Assembly (NCBI GenBank): GCA_963847665.1
Contig: CAWKAO010000001.1
Span: 12,614 to 76,613 of the forward strand
Source of the DNA: an uncultured Actinomycetes bacterium
GTDB taxonomy: Bacteria; Actinomycetota; Humimicrobiia; Humimicrobiales; Humimicrobiaceae
Reading direction: 5' to 3'
DNA: 64,000 nucleotides
Shown: positions 53,144 through 63,525 of the stretch, one piece after another
Numbering within the stretch: the stretch's first letter is position 1
Layout: every line of letters starts with the position of its first letter
Made by a program: the position numbers and the translations under genes
Notes under the pieces: model-generated
Databases searched by the model: none
Told to the model about the DNA's origin: nothing
The model's input: only the letters and a program-made list of their open reading frames with translations

Positions 53144-53533
53144 TTACTGGGCAAAAACAATAATATACCCGTTGCAATCTTTGATGAAAAATTCTTTTCT
53201 TCCCCATGGTGTATCATGTAGTTCTTTTATTACTTCTACATTGTCTTTAACCCAATCATAGTGTGCTTCAACATTTTCAGCTTCAATATAAGTAACTGAT
53301 GTACCTCCTATTTCTGCATTTTTTAATTCCGGTACCTTTTCTGAAAGGCTTTCCCTAGATTGAAACATAATCTCTACGTTTTCACACTTCATCAATGCCC
53401 AGTCAAATTTTCCTTCTTTCGGATCTGTTAGAACAAGTTCAAAACAACCAAGTGTATCCTGATAAAAATGAATTGTTTTATTTACATCTTCTACCATCAA
53501 AATAGGAATCAGTCTTTTTAACAATATTATCAA
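53144..53533 (-). CDS. VOC/glyoxalase-family protein
   Basis: Paired beta-alpha-beta-beta-beta modules. TTG start with an AAAGGAGA RBS. Overlaps the FNT stop by 4 nt. Confidence 0.6.
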   Translation of the reverse strand: MIILLKRLIPILMVEDVNKTIHFYQDTLGCFELVLTDPKEGKFDWALMKCENVEIMFQSRESLSEKVPELKNAEIGGTSVTYIEAENVEAHYDWVKDNVEVIKELHDTPWGRKEFFIKDCNGYIIVFAQ

Positions 53534-54444
53534 TCTCCTTTTAAAATATTATAATTTTTAAACTTTAAACTTAAAATCTTATTTTTATCTCTTTTAAGTC
53601 TTATTGGCAGGACTATTATCAGCCAGTATACAATACCGACCATGATTGCACCGCCAATTATATTTCCTATTGTCACAGAAAGTAAATTTCCAAGAAAACC
53701 AAATATATTTAAATTAGAAAGATTTATATCAGGTTTTATTTTCAGTACTGCATTAAGAACACTTTGATTATTTTTTAAAAGAATTCCCATTGGAATAAAA
53801 TACATATTTGCAATACTGTGTTCAAAACCTGAAGCTACAAATGCAGTTATAGGAAAAATGATTGCCGCTATTTTGCCCATAACTGATCTTGCACTAAAAC
53901 AGAGCCAGACCGCTAAACAAACAAGGGCATTACAGAGTATTCCTCTTGTCAATCCTTCTACAAAGGTAAGATTTACTTTACTTGTCGCAATTATAACTGA
54001 GCTTGCTCCTAGTAAGTTTTCTTTCATCTTCCACAAGTTAGTAAAATACATAAGAAACACTACACTGATAGAGCCTATAAAATTTCCTAGATAGCTTACA
54101 GACCAGTTTTTTAGAACTTGTTTATAAGTTACAGCTCCAGAAGCTAATCCCATCATAAGAAGATTATTACCAGTGAAAAGCTCTGCTCCTGCGACTATTA
54201 CAAGAATCAGTCCAAGGGAAAATGTAACTCCTCCAATAAGTCTTGTAAATCCTATACTTAAGTTAGAGTCAAAAGTAGAGATTGTAAAAAATTCTGCACC
54301 AAGTGCAATAAAACTGCCTGCCAAAATTGCGAGCATTAAAAGGCTTAAGAAATTAAGTTTTGACTTACTTTTGCTTGCAGTCTCTACTCTTTTTTCCATA
54401 TCTACGGGGGAGTAGTCATCCAGTTGAAAAATTTGTGGGCTCAT
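53530..54444 (-). CDS. Formate/nitrite transporter (FNT) family channel
   Basis: FNT signature-like LFTGNNL and six TM helices. Confidence 0.8.
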   Translation of the reverse strand: MSPQIFQLDDYSPVDMEKRVETASKSKSKLNFLSLLMLAILAGSFIALGAEFFTISTFDSNLSIGFTRLIGGVTFSLGLILVIVAGAELFTGNNLLMMGLASGAVTYKQVLKNWSVSYLGNFIGSISVVFLMYFTNLWKMKENLLGASSVIIATSKVNLTFVEGLTRGILCNALVCLAVWLCFSARSVMGKIAAIIFPITAFVASGFEHSIANMYFIPMGILLKNNQSVLNAVLKIKPDINLSNLNIFGFLGNLLSVTIGNIIGGAIMVGIVYWLIIVLPIRLKRDKNKILSLKFKNYNILKGD

Positions 54445-54839
54445 TAGATTACCCCATCTTTAAAAATAAATATAAATCGTTCGAAAGGGTTAAATGCAAC
54501 TGATAATCACTATTAATAAGTATAATACTTTTAGTGTCGAAAGTAAATTTAAAGCAAGTTTCATCAAAATATTAAAAAATTAGTTTAAGGCGTAAAAATA
54601 ACTTCAGTTCATATCTTTATTCCAGGATAAAATTTGTGTAGCTGTTTAAATTTAATTAACTTCTCCAAAAAATGGTTCGAAATTTATCAATTTTAGAGTT
54701 TAAATTCGCTAATATTATTTTTTAATACTTTTCGTTATAATTTATTATGAGTGTCGGGGATGGAGCTCTCTTTCTATTGATTTAAAATTTCAACATTTTG
54801 CAGGTGTAAGTGGAGAGATAAGTCAAAGCTCCGAATCAG

Positions 54840-55070
54840 AAGAAGAATGACAAAATGATACCACAAATGAAGACGAGTCTGAGTTTAACCTGATATATAA
54901 CCCCCCTGAAGGGGGAAGTCCTGAAAATATCGGAAAAATCATATTCTGTTCAGAATCTGAAGAAACAGAAGAAAGTGGGGATTTTTATCTGTATATGATA
55001 AATACAGATGGAACATATATTACAAATATAACTGATTTTACTGCAGATGGTTGTGAATGGCCTGATTGGT
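54840..55070 (+). pseudogene. Remnant C-terminal fragment of a TolB/PD40-like beta-propeller protein
   Basis: The open frame has no start codon: ...ESGDFYLYMINTDGTYITNITDFTADGCEWPDW, which is a PD40 repeat. It begins right after a TGA. Confidence 0.35.
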
Positions 55071-55097
55071 AAAAATTACATTATGGAGAAAGGAAAA

Positions 55098-56267
55098 ATG
55101 CGTGTGATCAATACAAAAAAAATTATTTCTCTGGCTGTTTTCATCATTTTTGCAATAATCATTATATTATCTTCAGCATCATGCAATATAAATTCAGACA
55201 ACAATGCCATAAAAGAGAGTGGTGGCGTCATTTCACTTTTTGACAGCCTGGATGTTGGAGATGTGCCTTCATTTCCTGGCTCTAGTCTTGATGTGGATTT
55301 ATACAGAAGTATTGACAGCGTGCTGGGAGAGCTTCCTGAACTGCCTGAACTGTTCTCAGACTCTGGTTTCTTTACTTATGTCACCAAAAGCTCACCAGAA
55401 GATGTTATGGCTTATTATACTGAGCAGATGAAAAGTCTTGGCTGGCAATTTGTCGATACTTATGATTATGGAGAACGGGGCAGTTTCATCACCTGGCAGA
55501 AAATGGCAAACACAGGAAAATATATAACATATGGAATTTTTGCTGGAAATTATTTAAAAAATGATAAAACCGTGACACTTATCTTAAATGGATTTATTAT
55601 CCCTGAGAATGAAAGAGACATGGATGACTCAAGCAGCAATCAAAAAGAAGAAATTAAGCCTGAAGGAATGATATATTTTGAAAATCCCACACCACCTGAA
55701 GGGCAGGGACTACTTCTTACAAAGTCCGTTTCAATGGGTATTGAGGATTGGAAAACATGGTTGCAGGAAGGTAGCAGAGAAAAAGGAACGAATGAGATAA
55801 ACCTTGTTGATGATAACCAATTTGATAAGGTTGTTAAACTTCAAAGGTCTTCAGACCCTGATGATGGTGGAGCCGCAGGAATATATCAGGAAACTGATAT
55901 TTCAGTTTCGCAGTTTAAAAGTCTATATGTCTGGTTGATAGGAAAGATCGATAATGAAAATGGGGGTAATATTGCAAATACATCCCCAGAATGGTTTCCT
56001 GAAGGAGCGATTCAGGTAAAGATTAAATACCTTGATAATACTGGTAATGAACAGCAATGGTTTCATGGGTTTTATTATTCTCGTATAAAAAATCCTGATA
56101 GCCTGCATTTTAACAAAATCAATAAAGGAGATTACTTCTGGTATATCAGCCCTGATCTTATGATATTTGAAAATAAACCTTCAATTATTAAAGAGGTAAG
56201 AGTATATGGTTTTGGATGGGATTTTTCCAGCAGTTTGGCTGAGATTAATTTGATAGGCCAGTGGTAA
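55098..56267 (+). CDS. Secreted lipoprotein of unknown function
   Basis: Signal peptide with lipobox LSSASC and RBS GGAGAAAGGA. The alternative in-frame start is at 55047. Confidence 0.5.
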   Translation: MRVINTKKIISLAVFIIFAIIIILSSASCNINSDNNAIKESGGVISLFDSLDVGDVPSFPGSSLDVDLYRSIDSVLGELPELPELFSDSGFFTYVTKSSPEDVMAYYTEQMKSLGWQFVDTYDYGERGSFITWQKMANTGKYITYGIFAGNYLKNDKTVTLILNGFIIPENERDMDDSSSNQKEEIKPEGMIYFENPTPPEGQGLLLTKSVSMGIEDWKTWLQEGSREKGTNEINLVDDNQFDKVVKLQRSSDPDDGGAAGIYQETDISVSQFKSLYVWLIGKIDNENGGNIANTSPEWFPEGAIQVKIKYLDNTGNEQQWFHGFYYSRIKNPDSLHFNKINKGDYFWYISPDLMIFENKPSIIKEVRVYGFGWDFSSSLAEINLIGQW

Positions 56268-56533
56268 ATAACATGGTAGGTTAACCGGTAACCCCGGCTA
56301 TAAACTTTAGAGTTGGAGATCACAGGGGTATAATGGATATTGATAACAAAAACCTTCTGGTACTTATTATTAAGGTCGGCCATAGAAAAAACATATATAA
56401 TATTTAAATTCCTAATATATCCTCCAGTTTACTTAATTCCTTATTAAATAAATCTCAATTGTTTATTTATAAGATATTTACATTCAGTTATAATCTATAA
56501 AAATTTTATAAAAAGACTTTCATAACGAAAATA

Positions 56534-56986
56534 ATGAGTAACAATAAATTACCTCATAATAGATTAAAGTATGAGACAGAGTATCTGAGCTGTATAAAAA
56601 AATATCCTGATCAGGTATTTATGGCACATAAAGACTCGGTACAGGAAGGCTTTGAATATTTTGCATCTGATGAGTACTTAACGCAACAGGAAATGGACAA
56701 AGAAAAGATAGACCTTGCTCCAGACCTAAGAGCTGGGGAGGAAGTAATGAAAGTTTATAATACTTTAGGGCTTGCAGTAAACGATATTGCAAGGTGGCTG
56801 CGAGATAAGCATGATATAAGGTGCCAAAGCAATCATCCTCTTGGAGGATTGGTGAACACCATCAATCAGACAATTACCTGTATTGACCGTATAAAGTGTT
56901 TTCCACAATTTAGTAAAACTCTTGGTTGCAGTATTTGTATTAAAGTTTGTCCTTTTTCGAAGGTGATGGCAGCTACTCTAAAATAA
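56534..56986 (+). CDS. Hypothetical protein with a C-terminal partial Fe-S-like Cys motif
   Basis: CIDRIKC...GCSICIKVCPF. Confidence 0.35.
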   Translation: MSNNKLPHNRLKYETEYLSCIKKYPDQVFMAHKDSVQEGFEYFASDEYLTQQEMDKEKIDLAPDLRAGEEVMKVYNTLGLAVNDIARWLRDKHDIRCQSNHPLGGLVNTINQTITCIDRIKCFPQFSKTLGCSICIKVCPFSKVMAATLK

Positions 56987-57037
56987 AGAGTTCCTTCAAT
57001 GTGTAAGGTCAGTATTTAAAAAATTTTAAAAGGCACA

Positions 57038-57538
57038 ATGGGAAATTACATTTTTAATGGAGCTATATATCTAATAGCTATAATATTTTTGATCATCTCT
57101 TTTATAAAAAGCAGGGAAAAAACAAAAAAAGCCTTAATCAAGGCATGGAACTCTTTTAAAAACCTGCTACCCTTATTGCTGGGTGTTATTCTTCTTGTAG
57201 GTCTTATGCTCTCACTGCTTGATACAGAGCTAATCAGCAGAATAATTGGTAAAAAGTCTGGAGTATTAGGTGTTTTACTGGCTTCAGTAGTAGGGTCTGT
57301 CACTTTAATCCCGGGCTTCATTGCTTTTCCTACTGCAGCGTTGCTTCTTGAAGGTGGAGCTGGATATATTCAAATTGCAGCATTTGTACAGACTCTAATG
57401 ATGGTCGGAATCGTTACTCTTCCTATGGAAATGAAATATTTTAATAAGAAAGTAGCAATACTTAGAAATGTCCTGTCATTTATTTTATCAATCGGGGTTG
57501 CTTACTTGATCGGATTTGTACTAAGAATATGGGATTAG
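57038..57538 (+). CDS. Permease, N-terminal half of a two-gene UPF0718/DUF318-like membrane permease
   Basis: Four TM helices. Paired with the next gene, 4 nt apart. Confidence 0.45.
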   Translation: MGNYIFNGAIYLIAIIFLIISFIKSREKTKKALIKAWNSFKNLLPLLLGVILLVGLMLSLLDTELISRIIGKKSGVLGVLLASVVGSVTLIPGFIAFPTAALLLEGGAGYIQIAAFVQTLMMVGIVTLPMEMKYFNKKVAILRNVLSFILSIGVAYLIGFVLRIWD

Positions 57539-57542
57539 TCTT

Positions 57543-58106
57543 ATGAATCAAAAAAACAAAAAGATCTTTAATCTAAAAAGTATCTTAAAAAAATACCTTT
57601 TCTTTATAATAACGCTTTTACTTCTGGGGATGCTTTTTATCTTTAAATTTGATGCTGGACTTAAAGCAACTGATGTTATCGTTTTTAGCTTTAAGGAAAT
57701 CCTTCTGGTGCTGCCTCCTATATTTATATTGATCGGTCTTCTGGATGTATGGATACCAAAAGAAATCATGATAAAACATCTCGGTGAGGAATCAGGTTTT
57801 AAGGGTATTGTCCTTTCATTTTTGCTTGGTATATTTGCAGCTGGTCCTTTATATGCAGCATTTCCAATTGCAGCGGTTTTTATGAAAAAACATGTAAAGT
57901 TTTCAAATATTATAATCTTTATAGGGGCCTGGTCCACAACAAAAATTCCAATGTTTTTATTTGAAATATCTGCCCTTGGATTTAAATTTGCCCTAACAAG
58001 GTTTGTTATTAATATACTTGTGATAACAATAATTGCATATATTATGGGAATTTTGATAAAGAAGGAAGAGATCAATACGATTTATAAAAAAGCTGAGAAC
58101 TTATGA
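57543..58106 (+). CDS. Permease, second subunit of the two-gene membrane permease
   Basis: Four or five TM helices. Confidence 0.45.
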   Translation: MNQKNKKIFNLKSILKKYLFFIITLLLLGMLFIFKFDAGLKATDVIVFSFKEILLVLPPIFILIGLLDVWIPKEIMIKHLGEESGFKGIVLSFLLGIFAAGPLYAAFPIAAVFMKKHVKFSNIIIFIGAWSTTKIPMFLFEISALGFKFALTRFVINILVITIIAYIMGILIKKEEINTIYKKAENL

Positions 58107-58165
58107 TTCATTTTATCAGCTGATATTATTGATTAAAGATTTTAAAAAATACTCAGGAATACGGA

Positions 58166-58657
58166 ATGAAAAAAGAATTAAAAAAAAAGATAATAAAAAA
58201 AATGATCACCTATTTTGATTTTAATAATGATCATATCAATCATGCATATAGAGTCCTTGATTACGCAGAAGAGATATCTGAAATTGAAAAAGGGGAACCT
58301 GATATTGTATTTATTTCAGCCATTTTACATGATATAGGAATACCAAACTGCCAGAAGAAATATAAATCTTCTGATGGTAAACTGCAGGAAATAGAGGGCC
58401 CGCCTGTTGCAAGGGAGATTCTTGAAAGCCTTGATATAAATGAAGAAAAAATAAAAGAAGTCATTGAGATTATTGGTTGCCATCATAGTCCTGGTCAGGT
58501 CGAGAGCATTAATTTTAAGATATTATGGGATGCTGACTGTCTTGTGAATTTGCCTGATATTTATGATGTTAAGGATAAGTCAAAGCTGACTGAGATTATA
58601 AATAAGACTTTCATGACTACATCAGGTCTCGAAAAAGCAAGAGAAATATATCTGTAG
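58166..58657 (+). CDS. HD-domain phosphohydrolase
   Basis: H...HDIG...D motif: AILHDIGIP, GCHH. Confidence 0.7.
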   Translation: MKKELKKKIIKKMITYFDFNNDHINHAYRVLDYAEEISEIEKGEPDIVFISAILHDIGIPNCQKKYKSSDGKLQEIEGPPVAREILESLDINEEKIKEVIEIIGCHHSPGQVESINFKILWDADCLVNLPDIYDVKDKSKLTEIINKTFMTTSGLEKAREIYL

Positions 58658-58853
58658 TCATTAGAAAAAGAAAATTTTCAGTATTCCTTTAATAATAAGC
58701 CGGTGGGTAGCAATGTGTACAGGTGTGCAGATTGGAACACTTTTTAATTTTTAAATCTTATATTTAAAGTAGTATAATTACTTCATCAATGAAACGGGCA
58801 GTGATTGATTTGAGTAAAACTGGAAGATTTAAAGGGGGATAAAAATAATAATA

Positions 58854-59237
58854 GTGAAGGATCTTGAAATAGCTGTTAGAGATTATGTGGATGCATTAGA
58901 AAAAAATGATATGGAAAGAGCTCTTTCTTTTTTTACGGAAGATGCCATCTGGTACAATCCTAAGGGCATCTATAATGGTAAAAAAGAGATAAAAGAATAC
59001 TTGACCTGGTTGTTTAAAGTTGTCCTGGAAATGCAGTTTATCCATGATGGAGTCGGGATCATAGTACAGAAAGATAAAGGGGTGTTCCAGCACATCCTTT
59101 CTTGTACGGTTAAAGGGTCTAAAATGAAAGTCCCAACATTTTGTACCTATTTATTTGACGGTAAGCAATGCAGAGTTCACAAGACGATCAAGACATTCGA
59201 ACTTGCCCTGTCAGCAAAAGGGAAGTCTGGGTCATGA
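58854..59237 (+). CDS. SnoaL-like/NTF2-like domain protein
   Basis: DYVDALEKNDMERALSFFTEDAIWYNPKG is the SnoaL-fold signature. Confidence 0.6.
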   Translation: MKDLEIAVRDYVDALEKNDMERALSFFTEDAIWYNPKGIYNGKKEIKEYLTWLFKVVLEMQFIHDGVGIIVQKDKGVFQHILSCTVKGSKMKVPTFCTYLFDGKQCRVHKTIKTFELALSAKGKSGS

Positions 59238-60037
59238 AGTTTTTTTACAGGTTTATGGACGTGTGCATTGACCTGATGAGGTCTTTAAAAATATACAAAT
59301 CTATCTATAATGCTTCTCTGTTTTTAATAAATACTGTCAATAAAAGAAAATTATTAAAATTTTATTCCCAGTTTATTAAGAAAGATGACCTTTGTTTTGA
59401 TATAGGTGCCAATTATGGTTCAAGGACCGGGATCTTCTTAAAGCTTGGTGCCAAAGTGGTTGCAGTTGAACCTCAGGAGGTTTGCATCAAAGAGCTGAAA
59501 AAAAAATATGGCAATAACAAAAATGTGGTCCTTGTAAAAAAGGCGATCAGTGATAACACTGGAGAAGAAGAGCTTATGATAAGTGATTCACATACTCTTT
59601 CATCAATGTCAAGAGAGTGGATGGACAGTATCAAATCCAGTGATATGTTTTTTGTTTCAACCACAGCCTTTAACTGGCAAAAGAAAACCAAAGTCCAGGT
59701 CACCACTTTAGAACAACTGATCAAAGAATATGGAAATCCTGCCTTCTGTAAGATCGATGTGGAAGGATATGAATACAAGGTGCTAAAAAATATATCGAAA
59801 CCCATGGAGGCTGTTTCCTTTGAATTTACACCAACACAAGAATTCATTCCAGTAGCCAAAAAAATAGTCAGACACCTTTCTTCTATTGGTAAAGTCAAGT
59901 TTAATTATTCTTTTGGGGAATCAGTTTCATTAGTTTTAAATAAATGGATCGGACCCAGCCAGATTTTAGGAATTCTTTCCAGACTACCTAAAAAAACTTC
60001 AATTTCAGGTGATATATACGTCAGGTTTATCCATTAA
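59234..60037 (+). CDS. FkbM-family methyltransferase
   Basis: DIGANYGSRTGIFLKLGAKVVAVEP SAM-binding motif. The ATGA start/stop overlaps the SnoaL-like gene. Confidence 0.7.
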   Translation: MKFFYRFMDVCIDLMRSLKIYKSIYNASLFLINTVNKRKLLKFYSQFIKKDDLCFDIGANYGSRTGIFLKLGAKVVAVEPQEVCIKELKKKYGNNKNVVLVKKAISDNTGEEELMISDSHTLSSMSREWMDSIKSSDMFFVSTTAFNWQKKTKVQVTTLEQLIKEYGNPAFCKIDVEGYEYKVLKNISKPMEAVSFEFTPTQEFIPVAKKIVRHLSSIGKVKFNYSFGESVSLVLNKWIGPSQILGILSRLPKKTSISGDIYVRFIH

Positions 60038-60060
60038 AAAATCAAAATGAAAGGAATGCA

Positions 60061-60918
60061 ATGAAAAAGAAACTATCCATAGGGGATTTTTATGAGATGA
60101 GAGACAGGGGAGAAAAGATCTCCTGGATAACTGCCTATGATTACCCGATTGCAAATCTCTCAGAATCTGCAGGAATCGATATGATACTTGTTGGGGATTC
60201 ACTCGGTATGGTCGTCTATGGTTATGATGGCACGGTGCCGGTCACTATGGATGAATGTATAATTCATTGCAAGGCTGTCAGAAGAGGTGCCCCGAATGTG
60301 TTTGTGATCGGTGACATGCCGTTTGGAAGCTATCACATCAGTGACGGGGATGCGGTCTCAAATGCAGTGAGGTTTATAAAAGAAGCAAACATGGATGCAA
60401 TAAAACTGGAAGGTGGAGACAGGGTCGCATCAAAAATACGGGCAATAACCGATGCCGGGATCGTTGTGATAGGACATATAGGCCTTACTCCCCAATCTTC
60501 TGCTGCACTTGGTGGCTTTAAAGCACAGGGTAGGACGGCACAATCTGCAGAGACGATTATAAAGGATGCGATTGCAGTAGAAGAGGCAGGGGCAAGGCTC
60601 CTGCTTGTAGAAGCAATACCTCCCGAACTTGCTGCTGCAATAACAAAGATCGTCAAGATCCCTGTTCTGGGCATCGGGGCAGGCCCTGATGTGGATGGAC
60701 AGGTAATGATATGCGGTGACATACTGGGGTATTTCCAGGCATTTACTCCAAAGTTTGTTAAAAAATATGCGGAACTTGGCAGGACCATAACGGATGCCAT
60801 AAAGGAATATATCGATGATGTTAAAAATGTGAGTTTCCCTGCACCAGAGCATACATACAGCATGCTTGCTGAAGAAAAGGAAAAATTCGAGAAGATGATA
60901 AAAAAATATATAAAATAA
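60061..60918 (+). CDS. panB: 3-methyl-2-oxobutanoate hydroxymethyltransferase
   Basis: ITAYDYP, ILVGDSLGMV, and the GDMPFGSY, LEGG and HIGLTPQS motifs. Confidence 0.92.
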   Translation: MKKKLSIGDFYEMRDRGEKISWITAYDYPIANLSESAGIDMILVGDSLGMVVYGYDGTVPVTMDECIIHCKAVRRGAPNVFVIGDMPFGSYHISDGDAVSNAVRFIKEANMDAIKLEGGDRVASKIRAITDAGIVVIGHIGLTPQSSAALGGFKAQGRTAQSAETIIKDAIAVEEAGARLLLVEAIPPELAAAITKIVKIPVLGIGAGPDVDGQVMICGDILGYFQAFTPKFVKKYAELGRTITDAIKEYIDDVKNVSFPAPEHTYSMLAEEKEKFEKMIKKYIK

Positions 60919-60967
60919 AAGTTTATTAAATAGCTCTGACAAAAATAAGACAGCAGAATAAAAAATT

Positions 60968-62308
60968 ATGGACAGGATCTGTGAAAATAAAATCCCTGAA
61001 ATAAATAAGAAGGCTGCTTGTTTTCTTCAAAAATATTCTATGTATTACGGGGATGTAGATCTACAGAAGCATATAGACCATTTCCTTGAAGAAATGAGAA
61101 GGGGGCTTTCAGGTAAGCAAAGTTCGCTCAAATGTTATCCCACTTATATAGATTTTAAAAAAACACTTCCAAAAAACAAACCTGTAATAGTCCTTGATGC
61201 TGGAGGAACAAACTTAAGATCTGCTATTGTTCATTTTGATGAAAAAAACACTCCTGTTATATCCAAACTAAAACAATGTTCTATGCCGGGGATAAAAAAA
61301 GAGCTTGATCTTGAAGAGTTTTTCCATTCAATAGCAATGAGCATCGACCATGTGCTGGATGATTCTACAGACATCGGTTTTGTCTTCTCATATGCAATAG
61401 AGATGTATCCTGATAAGGATGGCAAACTTGATCACTGGACAAAAGAGATAAAAGCTAAAGAGGTGGTAGGACAGTTTATAGGTAAAAACCTTATAAGTGC
61501 TATCAATAAGATAAAAAATACAAAAATATCCAAAAGAACAGTTCTCTTAAATGATACGGTGGCTTCACTTCTTTCAGGTATTTCAGCTTTTCAGGGCCGG
61601 ACATTTGAGAGCTATGCAGGTTTCATACTCGGTACCGGAATGAATGCAGCTTATATCGAAAAGAATTCCAATATAAAAAAAGTAATGGAAGAAGGGTTTG
61701 GGGCTGATGGTTACCAGATCATTAATCTTGAAGCAGGTAATTACTATCCAGGGCCCCTTGGTAAAATAGACATTTCTTTTGATAAAAAAACACTAAAGCC
61801 TGATTCAGCTACTTACGAAAAGATGATATCTGGCGCCTATCTCGGTGGGCTGGCTTTTGAGACACTAAAATACGCTATAAACGATGGATTGTTCTCGAAA
61901 GAATTTTCATCGGCTTGTTCCAGCATTAAGGGATTGGATTCTCGGGATATAGATGATTACCTGGCTTTTCCTCCTAAAAACGAACCTTTTTCTACCCTTA
62001 CCAGTATTATGTCTACCTCAGATCGCATCATACTTTATATTTTATTTGATTCTCTAATAGAAAGAGCAGCTATGCTTGCTGCAATAGTCCTTAGTTCAGT
62101 GATCCTGAAATCCGGAAGGGGGCTTGATCCCTGCAAACCTTTCTGTATCGTCGCAGAAGGAAGCAGTTTTTATAAGATGAAAAACTTCTATTGCAGGGTA
62201 GATTCTTATATTAAAGATAGCCTTTTAAATAGGGGCAATTATTATTTCGAGATCCACAAAGTTGAAAATGCGATACTTCTTGGTGCAGCAGCTGCAGCAT
62301 TAATTTAA
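60968..62308 (+). CDS. Hexokinase-family sugar kinase of the eukaryote type
   Basis: LDAGGTNLR phosphate-1, LNDTVASL, GTGMNAAY and EAGNY motifs. Confidence 0.8.
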   Translation: MDRICENKIPEINKKAACFLQKYSMYYGDVDLQKHIDHFLEEMRRGLSGKQSSLKCYPTYIDFKKTLPKNKPVIVLDAGGTNLRSAIVHFDEKNTPVISKLKQCSMPGIKKELDLEEFFHSIAMSIDHVLDDSTDIGFVFSYAIEMYPDKDGKLDHWTKEIKAKEVVGQFIGKNLISAINKIKNTKISKRTVLLNDTVASLLSGISAFQGRTFESYAGFILGTGMNAAYIEKNSNIKKVMEEGFGADGYQIINLEAGNYYPGPLGKIDISFDKKTLKPDSATYEKMISGAYLGGLAFETLKYAINDGLFSKEFSSACSSIKGLDSRDIDDYLAFPPKNEPFSTLTSIMSTSDRIILYILFDSLIERAAMLAAIVLSSVILKSGRGLDPCKPFCIVAEGSSFYKMKNFYCRVDSYIKDSLLNRGNYYFEIHKVENAILLGAAAAALI

Positions 62309-62310
62309 AA

Positions 62311-62337
62311 CAGGAGCCCTTAAGGCTCCTGTTTTTC
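62311..62337 (+). terminator. Rho-independent terminator
   Basis: CAGGAGCC-cttaa-GGCTCCTG followed by TTTTT, 3 nt after the hexokinase stop. Confidence 0.75.
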
Positions 62338-62508
62338 CTAGAAAGGCCCTTTAAAATAAAAAGTCAATTAGAAAAAGAGCTTTTTATAAAAAAAACGACT
62401 ATTTTGGAAAAAATGGGTTTTTTTTGACAAGTTGTTTAACTATGATAAAATTAAAATCCTGTGAAATATAATAAATAACAATTTTTCATTATATTATAAT
62501 CTCAAAAA

Positions 62509-62877
62509 ATGTCTGGTAACAATTCTATAATCCTGAACAAGAATATTATGTTTTCTTTTCCAAGCCCAGTCAGCAAGGAAGATTTTATTCGTAAGATCAA
62601 GGAAGCTGCTTCAAATGTCGTGGAGTTCCTTAAGAGTAATGGGTGTGACCATCTGGGCCATATTAAGTTTATTTCAACAACAAATGGTGAGGATTATCTT
62701 CAACTTAGCGTTCTTGATATGGACCAGCTCCCAAAAGTCGAAGGCGTGCTCAAGAAGACTTTTGATAAAATAAAGCTGACTCTGAATGTAATCGTCTTTG
62801 GAGTAAATAAGGAAGAGATCAGCGATAAAATAAGTGAAGAACTGACAAACATTGAAAATTATTTTCAGGCGTCCTGA
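62509..62877 (+). CDS. Hypothetical protein
   Basis: 122-aa ORF with no recognisable domain. Confidence 0.35.
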   Translation: MSGNNSIILNKNIMFSFPSPVSKEDFIRKIKEAASNVVEFLKSNGCDHLGHIKFISTTNGEDYLQLSVLDMDQLPKVEGVLKKTFDKIKLTLNVIVFGVNKEEISDKISEELTNIENYFQAS

Positions 62878-62901
62878 ATTCTCCCATACTGCTTCTTTTC
62901 T

Positions 62902-63483
62902 TTAATTTATTACCAGTTTAAAATCTGATTCAACATATTTTAAAGATACAAATCTTGAAATACTCTTATAATCGATTTCAAAGATGTTTTCAGGATCAAT
63001 ATATTTACCATCATAGATTATCCCAAAATGCAGATGCGTCCGATCACTGGAAGGGTCATCATCTGCTCCAATGGTTGCAATGCTTTGGCCCTGTAGAATA
63101 TTCTGGCCGAACAGGACTTGAATGTTTAAAAGGTTAAGATATGTGGTCCTTATTTTCTCGTTATGTCTTATTACTACGGTCCTTCCACCGATGGGGGAAA
63201 ACCCTATATAACTCACTACTCCATTTCCAGCTGCTCTTACACTTTCTCCAGGTTTTCCTTCAATATCCAGGCCGGTATGCTTTCTTTCCACCATTTTTTC
63301 CTCATCCAGGTATACCTCCCTGAACCTTACTATATTTTCACCCTCCAGCGGTTTAATAAAAGGAACTTTATACAGAGGATTTGCCTCGATTATGCTTGTA
63401 AAAGAAATTACAAGAAGCAGTGTAGCCAGGCAAGCACAGAAAGTAAGAAAACCCCTTCTAAATGCTGTATTTTTAAAAAACAC
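62902..63483 (-). CDS. M23 family metallopeptidase (second copy)
   Basis: HTGLDIEG...G.V..IG and HLHFGI motifs. N-terminal signal/TM segment. Confidence 0.8.
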   Translation of the reverse strand: MFFKNTAFRRGFLTFCACLATLLLVISFTSIIEANPLYKVPFIKPLEGENIVRFREVYLDEEKMVERKHTGLDIEGKPGESVRAAGNGVVSYIGFSPIGGRTVVIRHNEKIRTTYLNLLNIQVLFGQNILQGQSIATIGADDDPSSDRTHLHFGIIYDGKYIDPENIFEIDYKSISRFVSLKYVESDFKLVIN

Positions 63484-63525
63484 AGACTAATATTAGCATA
63501 AATACATAAATATGTAAATATAATA

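Noticed and set aside
58114-58125. 12-bp palindrome TATCAGCTGATA just after the permease gene stop
   Set aside because: It is short and sits in AT-rich sequence. It is plausibly chance, and there is no U-tract or obvious regulatory target.
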